Shown: positions 1 through 12,044 of the stretch, in pieces
How positions within the stretch are numbered: the stretch's first letter is position 1
Layout: each line of letters starts with the position of its first letter
DNA from: an uncultured Planctomycetota bacterium
Lineage (GTDB): Bacteria; Planctomycetota; Planctomycetia; Isosphaerales; Isosphaeraceae
Reading direction: 5' to 3'
NCBI GenBank assembly: GCA_963737655.1
Contig: CAVTTN010000002.1
Coordinates: 224,001-288,000 of the forward strand
DNA length: 64,000 nt
Made by a program: the position numbers and the translations under genes
The notes under the pieces: generated by a model
What the model saw: the letters and a program-made list of their open reading frames with translations, nothing else
Databases searched by the model: none
What the model was told of the DNA's origin: nothing

Positions 1-543
1 CGTCTCGCCGTGGGCGGGCAGGGGGAACATCGTGGACGCGGCCGAGTTCAGGTTGACCTGGAGGATCGAGCCGCCGGGCGTGCCGTCGGGGAACGAGAAG
101 GCGTCCGGGACCGTGCCCCAGAGGTTGCCGTCGGGGCCGACGGTGAGGCTCGTCGGCGCGTGGGCGACGGCGATCGACCGGATCTCCGCGCCCGAGGCGT
201 CGAACAGGCTGACCTGCCCGGAGCCGTCGCTCGCGGCGGTCGAGATCCACATCTGACCGTTCGAGCCCCAGGTCAGCGCCTCGAACGTCTCGCCGGCCGG
301 GATGGCGGGGATCGAGCTGGAATGGCCCTGCGAATCGATCCGCATGACCCCTCCGGAACCGCCGATCCAAGCCGAGCCGTCGGTGGCCGTGGCCACGACC
401 GCGTTGGCCGCCCCCGGCGGGGGCAGAGTGGCCAGGATGTCAAACCCAACGGCCATCAGCCGACGAGGCTCCAGCGCCTCGGGTCGAGCCAGGGCAAAGG
501 CCCTGGGTCGAGTCGCGGAACGATCGCGCAAGCGAATTCGCAT
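1..543 (-). CDS. Secreted LEPR-XLL-motif protein with Vgb-lyase-like beta-propeller repeats (runs off the window edge)
   Basis: Manual translation from ATG 543: MRIRLRDRSATRPRAFALARPEALEPRRLMAVGF...ATDGSAWIG...TWGSNGQMWIS...TVGPDGNLWGT. Contains the planctomycete LEPRRLM motif and GPDGNLW-type repeats; open to position 1. Not in the ORF track. Confidence 0.75.
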   Translation of the reverse strand, partial: MRIRLRDRSATRPRAFALARPEALEPRRLMAVGFDILATLPPPGAANAVVATATDGSAWIGGSGGVMRIDSQGHSSSIPAIPAGETFEALTWGSNGQMWISTAASDGSGQVSLFDASGAEIRSIAVAHAPTSLTVGPDGNLWGTVPDAFSFPDGTPGGSILQVNLNSAASTMFPLPAHGET

Positions 544-983
544 GGGGACGCCCTCCCTGGCGGTGAATCAAGATCCCGGCATCCATGCCCATCCCCGGCC
601 GATTCATGGCCGACGGACGAAGCGACCGGATCATACAACAAACCGAAGGCGCCCTGTCAAGTCCCTGGTGGAAAACGCCGGGGCACTTCCCCCTCGGCGG
701 AAGATTCTTCGGAATGGCTTGGGGATACAGGGGTTCCGTCCTCGGAACCAGTGCGTCGTCCCTCACGGGTTCCGAGGCCGGAACCCGTGCCACCCGAAAG
801 GCATCCGGCCGAAACCCCTCGTCGGGTGGCCCGGGTTCAAGAACCGGTTTCACCCCGATCGTAGCGCGCCCGAACCCCTATTGCTCGAGCCCCGAGAAAC
901 TCCGGAGCGAAGCGCGAGAAGGCCGGGCCCCGCCGCGTCTGGCGCCAGGGCCCGGCCTTCGGGTTTCGCGAGCGAGGCCGCGA

Positions 984-3170
<2,187 letters not shown>

Positions 3171-3503
3171 GATGAGGACGGCTCCCTGAGATGTGCGAAG
3201 GGCATGGAGAGGCGCGATCGGAACCTCATTCCACGGTCGGACGGGTCTCGGACGGGCGCGCCGAAGCCGGCGAGAGGCCGGGCTGTCGGGCGGGAGCGGG
3301 GCGGGCCGACGGCGGAACGAAACTTGCGGATCGTCTCCTCGACTCCGATCGGCGAATCGCACGCCCGATCGCCGGGGGAGAGGAACCGGCGGGACGGTCG
3401 TCGCGTCGAGGGGGGCCGAACCCGGACCAATCCGCCGCCGAAAGATCGGCGGAGGCGGGCCGTCCCCCGTCCAGACTCGCTCGGGCAAAAGTATAGCGGG
3501 GCG

Positions 3504-3518
3504 GCACGCAACATGCCA
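3504..3518 (-). promoter_or_regulatory. Putative sigma-54 (-24/-12) promoter upstream of glutamine synthetase
   Basis: Minus strand reads TGGCATGTTGCGTGC (GG-N10-GC) versus consensus TGGCACGNNNNTTGC. Confidence 0.45.
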
Positions 3519-3613
3519 GAGCCCGAGCGACGCGTTGTCGGGCGCGGGCAGGGGGTCCATAATGGAACATCCCCCACCGTCCGCCCCTCCGATGCCCCGC
3601 CTTCGGGACCTCC

Positions 3614-4933
3614 ATGCCAGACGCCTCGACGCTTCAGACCCCTCCCTCGGCCCCCGTCCGCTCCCGGACCTTCGCCGTTCTGGTCGATAATGCCGATTAT
3701 CGCAAGTTCTATCTGGGCCAGGGGATCAGCCTGATCGGCACCTGGCTCCAGGATGCCGCCGTGAGCTGGATCGTCTACGACATGACCCGGTCGGAGACGA
3801 TGCTCGGCCTGGTGAGCGCCGCCGGGACGCTCCCGGGCCTGGCCGTGGGGCTGGTGGCCGGGGCGTTGGCCGATCGCGTGGCGCCGAAGGTCATGATCCT
3901 GGGGATGCAGGTCGGCCAGATGATCTGCGCCCTCGTCCTGGCCTGGCTGATCTGGCTGGACGTGATCCGGATCTGGCAGATGGCGCTGATCCTCGCGCTG
4001 ACGAGGGTCTGCGTGACGTTCGAGATGCCGAGCCGGCAGGTGTTTTTGTATGACCTCGTGGGCAAGGGGTCGCTCATGAACGCCATCGCCCTGAATTCCG
4101 GGCTGTTCAACGCCTCGAAGGTGGTCGGGCCGGCGCTGGCGGGGCAGTGCCTGGCCCTCCTTGGGCGGACCGCCTGCTTCGTCTTGAACGGGCTGAGCTA
4201 CCTCGCGGCGATCGCGGCCCTCCTGCTGATCCGGCGGCCCCATCGGCCGATCCCGAAGGAACGGGCCGAGGCCGGCGGCCTGCTCGGCGGCCTGGCCTAC
4301 CTGGGGAGAGATCGCCACGTCCGGGCCCTGTTCGTCTCCCTGACGTTTTTCGGGGTGATCGGGATGGGCTACTCGGCCCTGATCCCGGCCTATGCCCGCA
4401 ATGTGGTGGAGACGGGGACGTATGGCTACAGCGTCCTCCTGGCCAGCGGAGGGCTGGGGGCGACTCTCGGGGCGTTGGCGCTGGCATCCCTGGGAGGGTT
4501 CCGCCGTCGCGATCGGCTGGTCTCGGGCGGGATGGCCCTGTTCGGCGTGGCCCTGGCGGTCAGTGGGTTCTTGCCGTCGTGGCTGATCCGCGAAGGCCAC
4601 GGCTGGGCCGCGTTGCCCGCCGGGTCGATCGGCCTGTTCCTGGCCGGGTTCGGTGCGCTGGTGTTCTACGCGGCCACTCAGACCATGATCCAGATCAGCG
4701 TGCCGGACGGCCTCCGGGGGCGGGTGATGGGGGTCTGGATGATCGCGTTCTCGGGTTCGGTGCCGGTCGGGTCGCTCTGGGCCGGATCGCTCGCCGATCA
4801 CGTCGGGGTGGCGGCCGTGATGCTGGTGTCCTCGGTCCTCTGCCTGGTCGCCGCCGGGTTCTTGATCGCGACCGGGGCCCTGCGGCACTCGCCGGCCGCC
4901 CCGGAATCGCCCGCGATCAGAGCAGGTTCGTGA
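3614..4933 (+). CDS. MFS transporter (MFS_3 / H+ antiporter-like)
   Basis: About 12 hydrophobic segments; motifs [26 protein letters not shown] and LRGRVMG. Confidence 0.9.
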   Translation: MPDASTLQTPPSAPVRSRTFAVLVDNADYRKFYLGQGISLIGTWLQDAAVSWIVYDMTRSETMLGLVSAAGTLPGLAVGLVAGALADRVAPKVMILGMQVGQMICALVLAWLIWLDVIRIWQMALILALTRVCVTFEMPSRQVFLYDLVGKGSLMNAIALNSGLFNASKVVGPALAGQCLALLGRTACFVLNGLSYLAAIAALLLIRRPHRPIPKERAEAGGLLGGLAYLGRDRHVRALFVSLTFFGVIGMGYSALIPAYARNVVETGTYGYSVLLASGGLGATLGALALASLGGFRRRDRLVSGGMALFGVALAVSGFLPSWLIREGHGWAALPAGSIGLFLAGFGALVFYAATQTMIQISVPDGLRGRVMGVWMIAFSGSVPVGSLWAGSLADHVGVAAVMLVSSVLCLVAAGFLIATGALRHSPAAPESPAIRAGS

Positions 4934-6281
4934 GCAGGGACACGTAGACCATGATGAAGGCCAGGGCGATGAACATCACGACCCCGCCGATCACCAGGAA
5001 GATCAGCGGCTGGATCAGGCTGCCGAGGTTCTTGACCATGTATTCGACCTGCTCCTCGTACTCGTCGGCGAGCTTGTCGAGGGTCTCGGGCAGCTTGCCG
5101 GTCTCCTCGCCCGATTCGACGATGGCGATCACGTCCCGCGAGAACAGCCGGGCGCCGTGGAGCGAGTCGCTGAGCTCCAGGCCGTCCATCACCGCGTCCT
5201 TGGACCGGCGGACCGCCTTGCGGAACGGCTCCAGGCGGACGACCTGGGCGGTCAGGTCGAGCGACGAATGGAGATCGACGCCGGCTTCCAGCAGGGCCGA
5301 GAGCGTCCGGGCGAACCGGGCGGTGTCCATCTTGCGGAGCAGGCTGCCGACGACCGGGACGTGAATCCCGATCCCGTCGATCGCCGCCTTGCCCACCGGC
5401 CGCCGATACAGCCAGCCGAGGCCGACGATCGTCCCCACCAGGGCCGTCGGCAGGAGCCACCAGCCCATCCTCGCGATGAAGTGGTTGAACTCGATCAGGA
5501 TCTTGGTCGGCAAGGGCATCTCGAACGAGCGCCCTCGGGCCATGTCTTCCAGGATCGAGACCAGGACCGGCAGGATCTTGACCGTCAGCAGCATCCCGAC
5601 GCCGAAGGCGATGCCGATCACGGCGATCGGGTAAATCATCGCCGATCGGGCCTGGCGGATCAGGCGCTGGCGGGCCTCGTAGTGCCCGGCCATCATCTTC
5701 ATGGTCTCGGGGATGCCGCCCCGGGCCTCGGCCACTTCGAGCATGGCGACGAACAGCGAGTCGAACGCCTGGGGCTCGCGACGGGCGGCCTCGGCCAGCC
5801 CCTCGCCCCGGCGGACGGCCTGGCCCACCCTCTGGAGGACCGGCCCCAGCGCGGTCTTCTCGAACTGGACGCGCAGGCTCTCGATCGACCGGAGGAGGTC
5901 CACCCCGGCATCGAGATACGCGCCGAATTGGCGGCAGAACGTGGCCAGGTGGCCCGTGCTGACCCGGCCGAAGAGGATGCGCTCGAACAGGTTCGGCCCG
6001 CCGACGACGACCCGGGCCTTGGAGTCCAGCGGGGCGGTCCGCGACGTTTCGGCCCGGGGCTTCTTCTTCCTCGGCGCCGGGTTGGGCCGGAAGGTGCTGC
6101 CCTCGGGCTCGGTCAACTCGGGCTCGGTCGGCGGCGGCTCGGAGGCCGGCAGTCTCGGGCGAGACCGAGGCTGGGGCAGGGGGGCCCGGGGCGGGAGACT
6201 GGGCTCGGTCGCCTCGGGATCGACGGCCCGGGGCTTGGCCCGCCTCGGAGGGCGAGGTTCCGATTCCTCGGCTCGGCTCAT
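4917..6281 (-). CDS. pilC: Type II secretion system F family / type IV pilus assembly protein PilC with Pro-rich N-terminal extension
   Basis: Two T2SSF repeats (FCRQFGAYLDAGVDL...EARGGIPE...SAMIYP; RFARTLSALLEAGV...GEETGKL...LIQP). Start at MSRAEES is inferred. Confidence 0.88.
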   Translation of the reverse strand: MSRAEESEPRPPRRAKPRAVDPEATEPSLPPRAPLPQPRSRPRLPASEPPPTEPELTEPEGSTFRPNPAPRKKKPRAETSRTAPLDSKARVVVGGPNLFERILFGRVSTGHLATFCRQFGAYLDAGVDLLRSIESLRVQFEKTALGPVLQRVGQAVRRGEGLAEAARREPQAFDSLFVAMLEVAEARGGIPETMKMMAGHYEARQRLIRQARSAMIYPIAVIGIAFGVGMLLTVKILPVLVSILEDMARGRSFEMPLPTKILIEFNHFIARMGWWLLPTALVGTIVGLGWLYRRPVGKAAIDGIGIHVPVVGSLLRKMDTARFARTLSALLEAGVDLHSSLDLTAQVVRLEPFRKAVRRSKDAVMDGLELSDSLHGARLFSRDVIAIVESGEETGKLPETLDKLADEYEEQVEYMVKNLGSLIQPLIFLVIGGVVMFIALAFIMVYVSLLTNLL

Positions 6282-6699
6282 CGCGGGCCTTTCCGGAGGC
6301 GGAGGGTTGACCCGTCGCGAAGGGTCGGGGCGCCGGATCTCCTGTCCATTATCGCGATGGCGGCCCGTTCCGACAAGTTGGGGGATTCCGGGACCAGGGT
6401 CGATCGGTTGTTCAAGCGGGAACCTCCGACGCCCGCTCCCCCGAGGCGGGCGCGAGGGTGAGCTCCGCCTCAGCATGAAGAAACGATCGACCCTGGGAGG
6501 GTATCGCTCTGGAATCTGGAACTTCTGGGGTACCCCCGGTCCGAGAACCGGCGGCACCCGAAATAACCCCAGATTCGGGAGCGACACCCACCCTGGGACC
6601 GTTCCTGGCCTCTCTGGCAATCGGCCGTCGATCCTGCTGAAATGGCCGGCTCGCTCGACCTGGAGACCGCCCCGCTCTTCCGAAGAGGCCCCGTCGCCG

Positions 6700-7437
6700 A
6701 TGTCGCCGCTCGCCCTGATCGTGGCCTCGCTCGCCTTGCTGGCCCTCCCCGCCCTGGCGGGAGTGTCCCGGAAGACGCCTCCCGAGATCCGGGGCGAGAT
6801 CCGCCTGCTCTGGTGGCTCAATCAGCTCTACACCCGGGGCGTCCACCGTTTGGTGGTCGAGAACGAGGCCCCGTTGCCGGTCTCGGGCCCGGCCATTCTC
6901 GTTTCGAACCACACTTGCGGGATCGATCATCTGATCCTCCAGGCCGGCACCCGGCGATTGCTCGGGTTCATGATCGCCCAGGAATATTACGACCACCGGA
7001 TCTATCACCCGTTCTGCGTGAGGATCGGCTGCATCCCGGTCAAGAGGGACGGCCGCGATCAATCGGCCCTGCGGACGGGCCTCCGCGCCTTGAAATCCGG
7101 CCGGGTCCTGCCGATCTTCCCCGAAGGGCGGATCAACCCGCACTCGGGCCGGGATTTCCTCGAGCCCAAGCCCGGCGCCGCGTTCCTGGCGCTCCGGGCC
7201 GGAGTGCCCGTGATCCCCGCGTACATCCGGGGGACGCCCGCCACGAACAACATCATGAAGGCCCTGACCACCCCCTCCGACGCCCGGCTCGTCTTCGGGG
7301 AGCCGATCGACCTCTCCGACCTCGCCGCCTCCAAGGGCCACGACGACGAACGCGACCACCTGGAACGGGCCACCAATCGCCTGATGGACGCGATTCGAAG
7401 CCTGAGAGACCGGAGCCTCGCCCCCTCGACGGATTGA
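6700..7437 (+). CDS. plsC: Lysophospholipid (1-acyl-sn-glycerol-3-phosphate) acyltransferase
   Basis: NHTCGID (NHx4D) and IFPEGR motifs, GVPVIP; N-terminal membrane anchor. Confidence 0.88.
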   Translation: MSPLALIVASLALLALPALAGVSRKTPPEIRGEIRLLWWLNQLYTRGVHRLVVENEAPLPVSGPAILVSNHTCGIDHLILQAGTRRLLGFMIAQEYYDHRIYHPFCVRIGCIPVKRDGRDQSALRTGLRALKSGRVLPIFPEGRINPHSGRDFLEPKPGAAFLALRAGVPVIPAYIRGTPATNNIMKALTTPSDARLVFGEPIDLSDLAASKGHDDERDHLERATNRLMDAIRSLRDRSLAPSTD

Positions 7438-7440
7438 CCC

Positions 7441-8440
7441 ATGAGCGACCCCCTCCGCCCGATCCTCGACCGCTACCCGGCCCCGCTCCGGCCGATCGGC
7501 CCGGTCGAATCGCTGGGAAGCGCCGGAGGGTTCAGCGGCTCGACGCTCTGGAGAATCCCGACAAACCTCGGCCCGCTCGCCCTGAAGCGATGGCCCGGCG
7601 ACGGCCCTTGTTCCGGGGATTTGTTAACGATCCACCGATGGCTCGCCCAGGCCCGGACCCTGGATTTCGTGCCCATTCCGCTGGCGGGATTGGACGGACA
7701 AACCGTCCAGGAAGCGGGCGGATCGCTCTGGGACCTCTCGCCGTGGATGCCGGGCTCGGCCGTCGTGGATTCGCCGACTTCGGAGGTCATCCGGGCCTCG
7801 TTTTCCGGGTTGGCGAGGTTCCACGAATGTCTTCGAGGACACTCGGAGACGGGCCCGAGCCGGGATTGCTCGCCCGTCTGAAGGAGCTTCGAGGCTGGCT
7901 CTCGGACGATTTCGCCACCATCGAACAGGCCATCTCCCGGGCCGATCCCGGGACGGTTCGCGATCTCGCCGAGGCCTGGTGGATCGAGGCCCGCCGCCGG
8001 GCTCCCGGCTCCTGCCCGAGCTGGTCGAATCGGCCCGATCCAGTCTTCCCCTCCAACCCTGCCTCCGAGACGCCCGGCCCGACCATTTCCTTTTCGTCGG
8101 CGATCACCTCTCGGGGCTCGTCGATTTCGGCGCGATGGGGATCGAAACCGTCTCGGCCGACCTCGCCCGGCTCCTCACCGAGTGGATCGGCGACGATCCC
8201 GACCTCCGCGCCGAGGCGCTGGGCGCCTATCGCGAAATCCGCCCTCTGTCCGACGAGGAATCGAGGACGATCGAGGCGTTCGAACGCTCGACGGCCCTCC
8301 TCGGAGGAGGCCACTGGATTCCATGGCTCCTGATCGAGCGCCGGACGTTCCGCGACCCCTCGGCGGCCGTTTCGAGGATGAGGAGGGCCGTCGAACGATT
8401 GACGACGACTCGCTTGCCAGGTATCAAGATCCTTCGGTAG
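7441..8440 (+). CDS. Phosphotransferase (APH / homoserine kinase type II-like), split by two frameshifts
   Basis: GGFSGS N-lobe loop and QPCLRDARPDHFLF...LVDFG motifs lie in three frames; shifts at about 7858 and 8005 in C-runs. Confidence 0.75.
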
Positions 8441-8477
8441 GAGTGCGAGGGCGATTCGGCCCGGCGAGGAGGTCTCC

Positions 8478-10247
8478 ATGCGACGGCCCCGGACGGCGAT
8501 GACGATCCGGATGATGTTATTGCTGGTCTTATGCAGCGCAGTTTACCTCTGGGTCTTCCAGACTTACCTGGATCATGGCGGGACGGTCGCGAAGGCGAGG
8601 GCCCTGAGGTTCGGCCGGACCTCCGCCCGGAGGGCCGCCGCCCGGGATCTCGCGGACCAGGGATTCCAGTCGGGCCCCGAGGCCTTTCGGGCCCTGATCG
8701 CCGCCCTCGACGATCCGGATGGTGAGGTCCGCCTCCTCGCGGCGGTCGCCCTGAAATCGTTCGGCGAGGCGGACCCCGACGCGGCCCTCGGGCTCGTACG
8801 GCTGCTCCGAGATCGCGATCCGAAGCTCCGGGCCGCCGCGGCCGAGGCCCTGGGGACGCAGCCGCTTCCCGGGGTCACGCGTGCCCTGGTCGCGGCCCTG
8901 GACGACCCCGATTGTCGGGTGGTCGTCGAGGTCGTCGGCTCCCTGGCGAAGCTGAGGACGACCGACGGACTCGCGATCGACCGACTCCTGACGAGGACGG
9001 AGGCGCCGGACCCGGCGATTCGGGCCGCCTCGCTCGCATCGCTGAGCTCGCTCGGCCAGGTCGCCGGCGGCGCAGGCGCGGGACCGGACTTCTCGCCGTC
9101 GCGTGCGTACCAGACGGCGTTGCAGAGGTCCTTGAAAGACCCGTTGCCCTCGGTCCGCCTGGCCGCCCTGCGCTCCCTCCAGCTCCGGCCGCTCTCCGGG
9201 TTCCACGACCCGGCCGCCGTGATCGCGGCCCTGGCCGAAGCCATCCGGTCGGCCGACCCGATCGAGCAGGTCGAGGCCGCCCACGGCCTCGTGGGCCTGA
9301 TGTCCCAGTCGGTGCAACTCGGCGACAAGCAAGAGATCCGCGCATCGCTCCATGCGCTCCCGCCCCTGTTGGAGGAGTTGCGGCGACCCGAGGACCGCCG
9401 CCGAGACGCCGCCCTCTCCGCCCTGACCCGGGTCGGGATCACGGCCCGAGTGCTGTCGATGGCCCCCCCGCCGAGACTCCGCGACCAGATCGCTTCGCGG
9501 ATCGAGGAGGCGTTGACCGATCCGCGAGCCGAGACGCGAGCGGCGGCCCAGACCGCCCTGATCGAATTTGGTCCGCGAGTGTCCCTGGCCGGCCCATCCA
9601 CCCTTCGCGCCCTGGAAGCCGGGCTCGCCGACCGCGATCCCCGGGTCCGCCGATCGGTCATCGCCGGCCTTGCGGGCCTCCGACATCAAGAGGAGCTGGA
9701 TTGGCGAGTGGCCCGGGACCTCCTGCGATCGCTCGGGCTCCTCGCGACCCGGACTTTCTTCAAAGAGGCTCGGGAAGCCAACGCCGCCCGGGACTGGGCA
9801 GCCGGCAACGCCCGGGCCCTGGGTCGTCGCCTCGATCCCGAGAATCTTCAACTCCTCAAATTCTCGGATGTCCTCCTCATCCGCGCCCTGAACGATCCCG
9901 AATCGGACGTTCGCCTCCGGGCCTTCACGACCCTTCGAAGGACCGAACGGCCCTCGAAGGAGGTGGAGGACGCCCTGGCCCGGGAGGTGCGAAATCGGCT
10001 GAAACGCCTCGATTCGCCCGATCCGAGGGTCCGCGAGGAAGCCGCCCGGGGGTTCGCCTGGGTCCGTCGCGAGGAGATGGAAGAGGTCTGGGCCGCCCTC
10101 CGGAAGCACCTGGACGATCCCGACCCGAAGACGGCGCAAAAGGTCGCCCAGTCGGTTCAGAAGCTCAATCACCTGGCCTCTCGGGCCAAGAATGCCCCGG
10201 AGTGGCCACGCCCGGAATGGCCCGCCGATACCGATCCGCCCCTTTAA
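8478..10247 (+). CDS. Membrane-anchored HEAT/PBS-lyase repeat protein
   Basis: N-terminal TM helix followed by many L.D.DP.VR..AA..L repeats. Confidence 0.85.
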   Translation: MRRPRTAMTIRMMLLLVLCSAVYLWVFQTYLDHGGTVAKARALRFGRTSARRAAARDLADQGFQSGPEAFRALIAALDDPDGEVRLLAAVALKSFGEADPDAALGLVRLLRDRDPKLRAAAAEALGTQPLPGVTRALVAALDDPDCRVVVEVVGSLAKLRTTDGLAIDRLLTRTEAPDPAIRAASLASLSSLGQVAGGAGAGPDFSPSRAYQTALQRSLKDPLPSVRLAALRSLQLRPLSGFHDPAAVIAALAEAIRSADPIEQVEAAHGLVGLMSQSVQLGDKQEIRASLHALPPLLEELRRPEDRRRDAALSALTRVGITARVLSMAPPPRLRDQIASRIEEALTDPRAETRAAAQTALIEFGPRVSLAGPSTLRALEAGLADRDPRVRRSVIAGLAGLRHQEELDWRVARDLLRSLGLLATRTFFKEAREANAARDWAAGNARALGRRLDPENLQLLKFSDVLLIRALNDPESDVRLRAFTTLRRTERPSKEVEDALAREVRNRLKRLDSPDPRVREEAARGFAWVRREEMEEVWAALRKHLDDPDPKTAQKVAQSVQKLNHLASRAKNAPEWPRPEWPADTDPPL

Positions 10248-10301
10248 GGGAAGGAAAGGGCGGGTCCGGCTAGTGTGGGATCGAGAGCCCACCTCCTCTC
10301 A

Positions 10302-10453
10302 GAGGCTATCCGGAAAGGGGCTTCCAACATCGAAGGATGAGTAGGTCCGACTTCAGTCGGGCCTACATCCCGGAGTTCTTTGGGTAGGCCCGACTGAAGT
10401 CGGACCTACTTTACCCCTCGTCGCGGTCGGAAATCTCCTTCCCGGATAGCCTC
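10302..10453. mobile_element. 152-bp MITE with GAGGCTATCCGG terminal inverted repeats, TCA target duplication and an internal REP doublet
   Basis: tca|GAGGCTATCCGG...CCGGATAGCCTC|tca. Internal perfect 27-bp inverted repeat at 10340-10366 / 10384-10410. Confidence 0.75.
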
Positions 10454-11281
10454 TCACCTCGCCGGGGCGCCGTCGGTCATCAGCCGCCGGGCCTCTTCGG
10501 CGTCGATTCGGACTCGTTCGATCTTCAGGGCCCGGCCGGTTGTGGGATCGACCTCGATCAGGGCCCCGCAGAGCCGGGGGTCTCCGGTGGCCACGTCGAA
10601 ATGGTGGGGGACGTGCGACAGGGTGGCCGCGAGGACCCGGTCGTAGCGGCGGCCGAGGATCGAATCGTACGGGCCGGTCATCCCGACGTCGGTCTGGTAG
10701 GCCGTGCCCTTGGGCAGGATTTGCTCGTCGGCCGTGGGGACGTGGGTATGCGTCCCGAGGATCGCCGAGATTCGTCCATCGAGATATCGGCCGAGCAATT
10801 GCTTGTCGCTGGTGGCCTCGGCGTGATGGTCCACGACGATCACCCGGGCCGTCCTCGCCAGGCGATCGACGAGGCGGTCGGAGGCGCGGAAGGGGTCGTC
10901 CACCGGCTTCATGAACGTCCGGCCGAGCACGGTGAACACCCCGACGACCGTCCCATCGCGGGCCTCGACCAAGGCCGAATCGGCTCCGGGGGAGTCCTCG
11001 GGGAAGTTGGCGGGTCGGAGGAGGCGGTCGGACCGATCGAAAAGCGTGAAGATCTCATCCTTGCGATACACGTGATCGCCCAGGGTGAAGACGTCCACCC
11101 CGGCCTCGACGAGTTCCTCGTGGCAACTGATCGTCAGGCCCGAGCCGCCGGCCGCATTCTCCGCGTTGCAGACGACCAGGCCGATCCCCCACCGCGGGAT
11201 GATCCTCGGCAACACCTGGCCGACGATCTTCCGGCCGGGAGAGCCGACGACGTCGCCGATGAAGAGGATTTTCAGGGACAT
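10454..11281 (-). CDS. ymdB: YmdB-family (TIGR00282) metallophosphoesterase
   Basis: LFIGDVVG, NAENAAGG, TLGDH, HAEATSDK, GTHTHVPTAD and TDVGMTG motifs. Confidence 0.95.
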   Translation of the reverse strand: MSLKILFIGDVVGSPGRKIVGQVLPRIIPRWGIGLVVCNAENAAGGSGLTISCHEELVEAGVDVFTLGDHVYRKDEIFTLFDRSDRLLRPANFPEDSPGADSALVEARDGTVVGVFTVLGRTFMKPVDDPFRASDRLVDRLARTARVIVVDHHAEATSDKQLLGRYLDGRISAILGTHTHVPTADEQILPKGTAYQTDVGMTGPYDSILGRRYDRVLAATLSHVPHHFDVATGDPRLCGALIEVDPTTGRALKIERVRIDAEEARRLMTDGAPAR

Positions 11282-11285
11282 AAAC

Positions 11286-11684
11286 TCACCAGATCGTCGA
11301 GACGGAGGAGGCGCGGATCATGCGGTCGCAACTGAGCAGGGGGACGCCGAGATCGACGGCCGTGGCCGCGATGATGCGGTCGGGCATGTCCGGGACCTCG
11401 TGGCGCGGCACGGTTTCCATCGCGGCCACGATCCGCGGGCCGACCCGGATTTCGATGAAGGGACGGCCCGGATCGATCAGCCCTCGGACGAGGTCGAGCA
11501 TGTCCGGGGCGACACCTCGCTTCTCGACCAGATAGACGATCTCGACGAGGCTGATGGTGGAGATCGCGATCTGATCGCCGCCGGCCTCGGCCCTCAGGAT
11601 CAAGGACTTCGCGAGCTCAGAGAGTTTCGGATGGCTATGGACGAACCGGATGGGCGCGTGAGTATCGGCCACGGCGGCGATCAT
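11286..11684 (-). CDS. vapC: PIN-domain (VapC-like) toxin
   Basis: ADTHA...ISTISLVEI...PDMPDRIIAATA...LLSCD; start overlaps the stop of the upstream small ORF. Confidence 0.85.
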   Translation of the reverse strand: MIAAVADTHAPIRFVHSHPKLSELAKSLILRAEAGGDQIAISTISLVEIVYLVEKRGVAPDMLDLVRGLIDPGRPFIEIRVGPRIVAAMETVPRHEVPDMPDRIIAATAVDLGVPLLSCDRMIRASSVSTIW

Positions 11685-11932
11685 CGGGAGGATTCCTCGG
11701 GGGCGAGTCCCTCCCACATCGCCCAACGCGCCTCCGCGAAGTCCTCCTCCGACGGTCCAGGACCGTGATCCTTCAACACGCCGAACACCGACGGGAACGG
11801 CTTCCTCGGAGGCTCCGACACAAGGCCCTCGACGACCAGGCGCGTCGCCAGGGCGGAGATCAGCTTGAGCTGATCCTCGACGGGGAGGCCCTTCGCCAGA
11901 TCGAAAGCGTCTTCATACAAGGGGGATGCCAT
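11681..11932 (-). CDS. Putative antitoxin
   Basis: 83 aa, acidic C-terminus, translationally coupled to the PIN gene, GAGGAG RBS. Confidence 0.7.
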   Translation of the reverse strand: MASPLYEDAFDLAKGLPVEDQLKLISALATRLVVEGLVSEPPRKPFPSVFGVLKDHGPGPSEEDFAEARWAMWEGLAPEESSR

Positions 11933-12044
11933 GGCTCTCGACTCCTCGAACCCTCGGGCCCTTGATCGTGTTACGCATCCCTCGTCGGCTCCACCAGCGT
12001 AATATCGGTTCCCGTTGGTCCGATAGCTCTCGCTCGCGGGTGTG

